IMG/VR virus record: IMGVR_UViG_3300028864_000016 | Location: 124,001-188,000 of that record | Reading direction: 5' to 3' (one strand) | Length of the DNA stretch: 64,000 nucleotides | Shown here: positions 61,976 through 64,000 of the stretch, one piece after another | Numbering within the stretch: position 1 is the first letter of the stretch | Layout: every line of letters begins with the position of its first letter | Notes under the pieces: generated by a model | Seen by the model: only the letters and a program-made list of their open reading frames with translations | Told to the model about the DNA's origin: nothing | Databases searched by the model: none | Made by a program: the position numbers and the translations under genes

Positions 61976-62548
61976 TTATATTGCTTTAGTAACTTTTATA
62001 TCCATGGTCTCTTCAAAGCTTTTTACTAATAGAACTACCATAGATAGTTTCTTTTCTCCATATATTTTATCAATAACCTCTTTAAAATCATTATAAACTA
62101 ATCTATTGTTTTTACCATATCTATCTATTAATAAATCAAATATTCTATTCTTAGCTAATTCTGATAAAGATATTCTTGAAATATTATTATCTCTACAAAA
62201 TATCATAGTCTTATTATAAATCTTTTCTTTGGTTAAATTAGAATCTAAAATAGTTTCATTATTGTTGTTTAATTTATCAATAATATCTAAAAATGTTTTA
62301 TCAATAGGTAGCTGAATATTCTCAAAATCAATAATCATTTTTTCTCTATTTATATCAGTCCATTTAATTATATTTAGGTTATTTAACTTTACCCCATATC
62401 GTGATAATATAAATATTGCTTTATCTTCATTTGTGCAATCTAAGTTGTCTAGCATATTATAAAACTCATTTAAATTCTTGTAATCAACTTTTCTCACTCT
62501 TTCCATTGCTATTTTTTCAATATCTTCTTTATTCATTTTAATACACAT
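61976..62548 (-). CDS. Hypothetical protein
   Basis: 190-aa ORF. Confidence 0.65.
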   Translation of the reverse strand: MCIKMNKEDIEKIAMERVRKVDYKNLNEFYNMLDNLDCTNEDKAIFILSRYGVKLNNLNIIKWTDINREKMIIDFENIQLPIDKTFLDIIDKLNNNNETILDSNLTKEKIYNKTMIFCRDNNISRISLSELAKNRIFDLLIDRYGKNNRLVYNDFKEVIDKIYGEKKLSMVVLLVKSFEETMDIKVTKAI

Positions 62549-62616
62549 CCTTTTAATTTATTTCATACTTATCATTTCCATTATTATAGAAATTATTTAT
62601 TTAGTATGTATTTTAT

Positions 62617-63366
62617 TTATAATAAATTATAATATTTTTCCTCTGCTTCCTTTCTAACTCTTATCGCATCTTCTTTATCTAAATATGTGCCTAAATAAAT
62701 AACTTTTTTATTAGCAACAATTTTTGCCATCCATTTTCCATATTTTTTATTTAAATAAACACCTTTGTATCCACTTGTGTTTGTTTTTGGAGTTTTATTA
62801 TGTTTTGAATTTTTTACTTGTGTTGTTATTATAAGATTGTCTTTTCTATAATTAAGACAGTCTCTGTCTCTATGAGCAATTATATACCCTACTGGAACTT
62901 CCATATTTATCAAGAATCTTCTCAAAGAAATGAATTTTCTATCTATAACACAACTTACTTCAGTTTTTCCTGTTTTCTTTATGGATGCGAACCATTTATA
63001 TTGTTTTATCAAATTTACATCGTCTAAATCAATTATTACTCTTGCTGTTTCAATATTATTGCTACAAATTACTATTTCTGCATAGTCATTATATATAATC
63101 ATATCATTAGTACAAGAATTATCCGTCACAGTTCTTCTAGTCGTTCTTTTATCTGATTTCTCTTTTATATATTCAGCATGTTCATTTGTTTCTATTTTAA
63201 ATCCTTCACTTTTTAAATAGGTTAGAATATCATTTATTTTATTTGAATTAGTATATTCTTTTAATTTCTTATAAACCTCTTTATTGTTTAATATATCAGT
63301 CTTACTTATTTTACTTCCTAATTTTCTTACTAAATACCATTTTAATTCCGATTTCATATGTATCAA
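62617..63366 (-). CDS. HNH-AP2 homing endonuclease-like protein
   Basis: AHRDRDCLNYRKDNL..N HNH; TSGYKGV..KWMAKI..YLGTY..EDAIRVRKEAE AP2. Confidence 0.85.
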   Translation of the reverse strand: MIHMKSELKWYLVRKLGSKISKTDILNNKEVYKKLKEYTNSNKINDILTYLKSEGFKIETNEHAEYIKEKSDKRTTRRTVTDNSCTNDMIIYNDYAEIVICSNNIETARVIIDLDDVNLIKQYKWFASIKKTGKTEVSCVIDRKFISLRRFLINMEVPVGYIIAHRDRDCLNYRKDNLIITTQVKNSKHNKTPKTNTSGYKGVYLNKKYGKWMAKIVANKKVIYLGTYLDKEDAIRVRKEAEEKYYNLL

Positions 63367-63406
63367 CCTCTCTTTATTTTCTTAATTTGTTGAACTCTAT
63401 GATATT

Positions 63407-63435
63407 AGTATAATATTTATCTTTTACTTTGTCAA
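63407..63435 (-). promoter_or_regulatory. Sigma-A type promoter
   Basis: TTGACA-17-TATACT, repeat boxes at 63382 and 63445. Confidence 0.85.
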
Positions 63436-63457
63436 CATATTTCTATTAATTTATTTC

Positions 63458-63489
63458 AAAAAAAGAAAAGAAGACTAAAATAGCCTTCT
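63458..63489 (-). terminator. Intrinsic terminator
   Basis: AGAAGGCTA-TTT-TAGTCTTCT followed by a long U-tract. Confidence 0.8.
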
Positions 63490-63493
63490 CACA

Positions 63494-63964
63494 TTATATT
63501 GCTAACCTTCTGTGTTTATCATCTTGTAATTCTTTCATTAAGTCTATGTCTAGTTCATTAAAAGGTATTGATTTTACTAATTTACAAGTATAATATGTTC
63601 CATAATCACCATAAGTAATTGCTATATCTTTACTATATCTACTTTTATTTGGCTTTGTTTGAAATCCTTCATATATTTCTAACTTATTAGTATCTAAGTT
63701 AATTACATAACCCCATTCACAGTATAAAGAATCATGGATAAATTCTTTCCCCTCAATCATATATCTTAAATCATTTTTATATAAATCTAGTTTTCCTTGA
63801 GATTTTCTTAACAAACAGTACCAGTCACAAATACTCTTTTCTCCAATATCACCATTATAATATTTTTGACATTCTTTTATTTGCTCTAAAGTTGGTGTGC
63901 TTTCTTCATCTACCATTATCATTTTATTAAAAATATTATTTATTTCATCTATTGTGGTAGACAT
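63494..63964 (-). CDS. Hypothetical phage protein
   Basis: SLYCEWGYVINLDTNKLEIY motif. Confidence 0.7.
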   Translation of the reverse strand: MSTTIDEINNIFNKMIMVDEESTPTLEQIKECQKYYNGDIGEKSICDWYCLLRKSQGKLDLYKNDLRYMIEGKEFIHDSLYCEWGYVINLDTNKLEIYEGFQTKPNKSRYSKDIAITYGDYGTYYTCKLVKSIPFNELDIDLMKELQDDKHRRLAI

Positions 63965-64000
63965 TATAAATTTAATAATAGTCTCTCCTAATTCTCTAGG

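Larger units (their letters stand above)
1..64000 (-). mobile_element. Early/middle region of a large SPbeta-like phage or prophage of a low-GC anaerobic Firmicute
   Basis: Nearly all genes on one strand, dense small hypothetical ORFs, phage replisome in SPbeta yorL-yorF order, YopX, phage MTases, homing nucleases, class III RNR. Confidence 0.9.

Noticed and set aside
80-63027. Plus-strand ORFs in the six-frame track (e.g. 2559-2813, 23132-23488, 38629-38901, 52750-53025)
   Set aside because: They lie antisense to well-supported minus-strand genes, are Phe/Leu/Ile/Ser-rich shadow translations and have no recognisable RBS or motifs
1-64000. CRISPR array
   Set aside because: The repeated element is degenerate and separated by whole genes, not by regular 30-40 nt spacers; no cas genes seen
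1-64000. tRNA or rRNA genes
   Set aside because: No cloverleaf or rRNA-like GC-rich segment recognised by eye; tRNAscan was not run
1-64000. Stop-codon reassignment
   Set aside because: Long genes read through intact in the standard bacterial code and TAG/TGA act as normal stops

Overview
The window is a very AT-rich, almost entirely minus-strand segment of a large SPbeta-like phage or prophage genome, probably from an anaerobic low-GC Firmicute (Clostridium-like; host is inferred). It covers the early and middle region, with no structural, lysis or integrase genes recognised. Recognisable modules are: nucleotide metabolism (dUTPase, class III RNR nrdD/nrdG, guanylate kinase); a replisome (DnaE, RecJ, primase, DnaB-like helicase, AAA ATPase, probable SSB, ERCC4 nuclease); three DNA methyltransferases; four free-standing homing-type nucleases; a transposase-less TnpB with a divergent ribbon-helix-helix gene and omegaRNA-like right end; and about 90 small hypothetical ORFs behind many near-consensus sigma-A promoters. 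The four most interesting observations are: (1) a formate/nitrite channel translationally coupled to a formate-type class III RNR; (2) a sensor-less cytoplasmic chemoreceptor in an operon with a sporulation-like sigma factor and a 3D-domain muralytic protein; (3) a strand-biased ~38-bp intergenic element repeated many times at gene junctions and around promoters; (4) the RHH-TnpB module, which may act as an RNA-guided homing element. All calls come from reading motifs by eye; no database searches were run.
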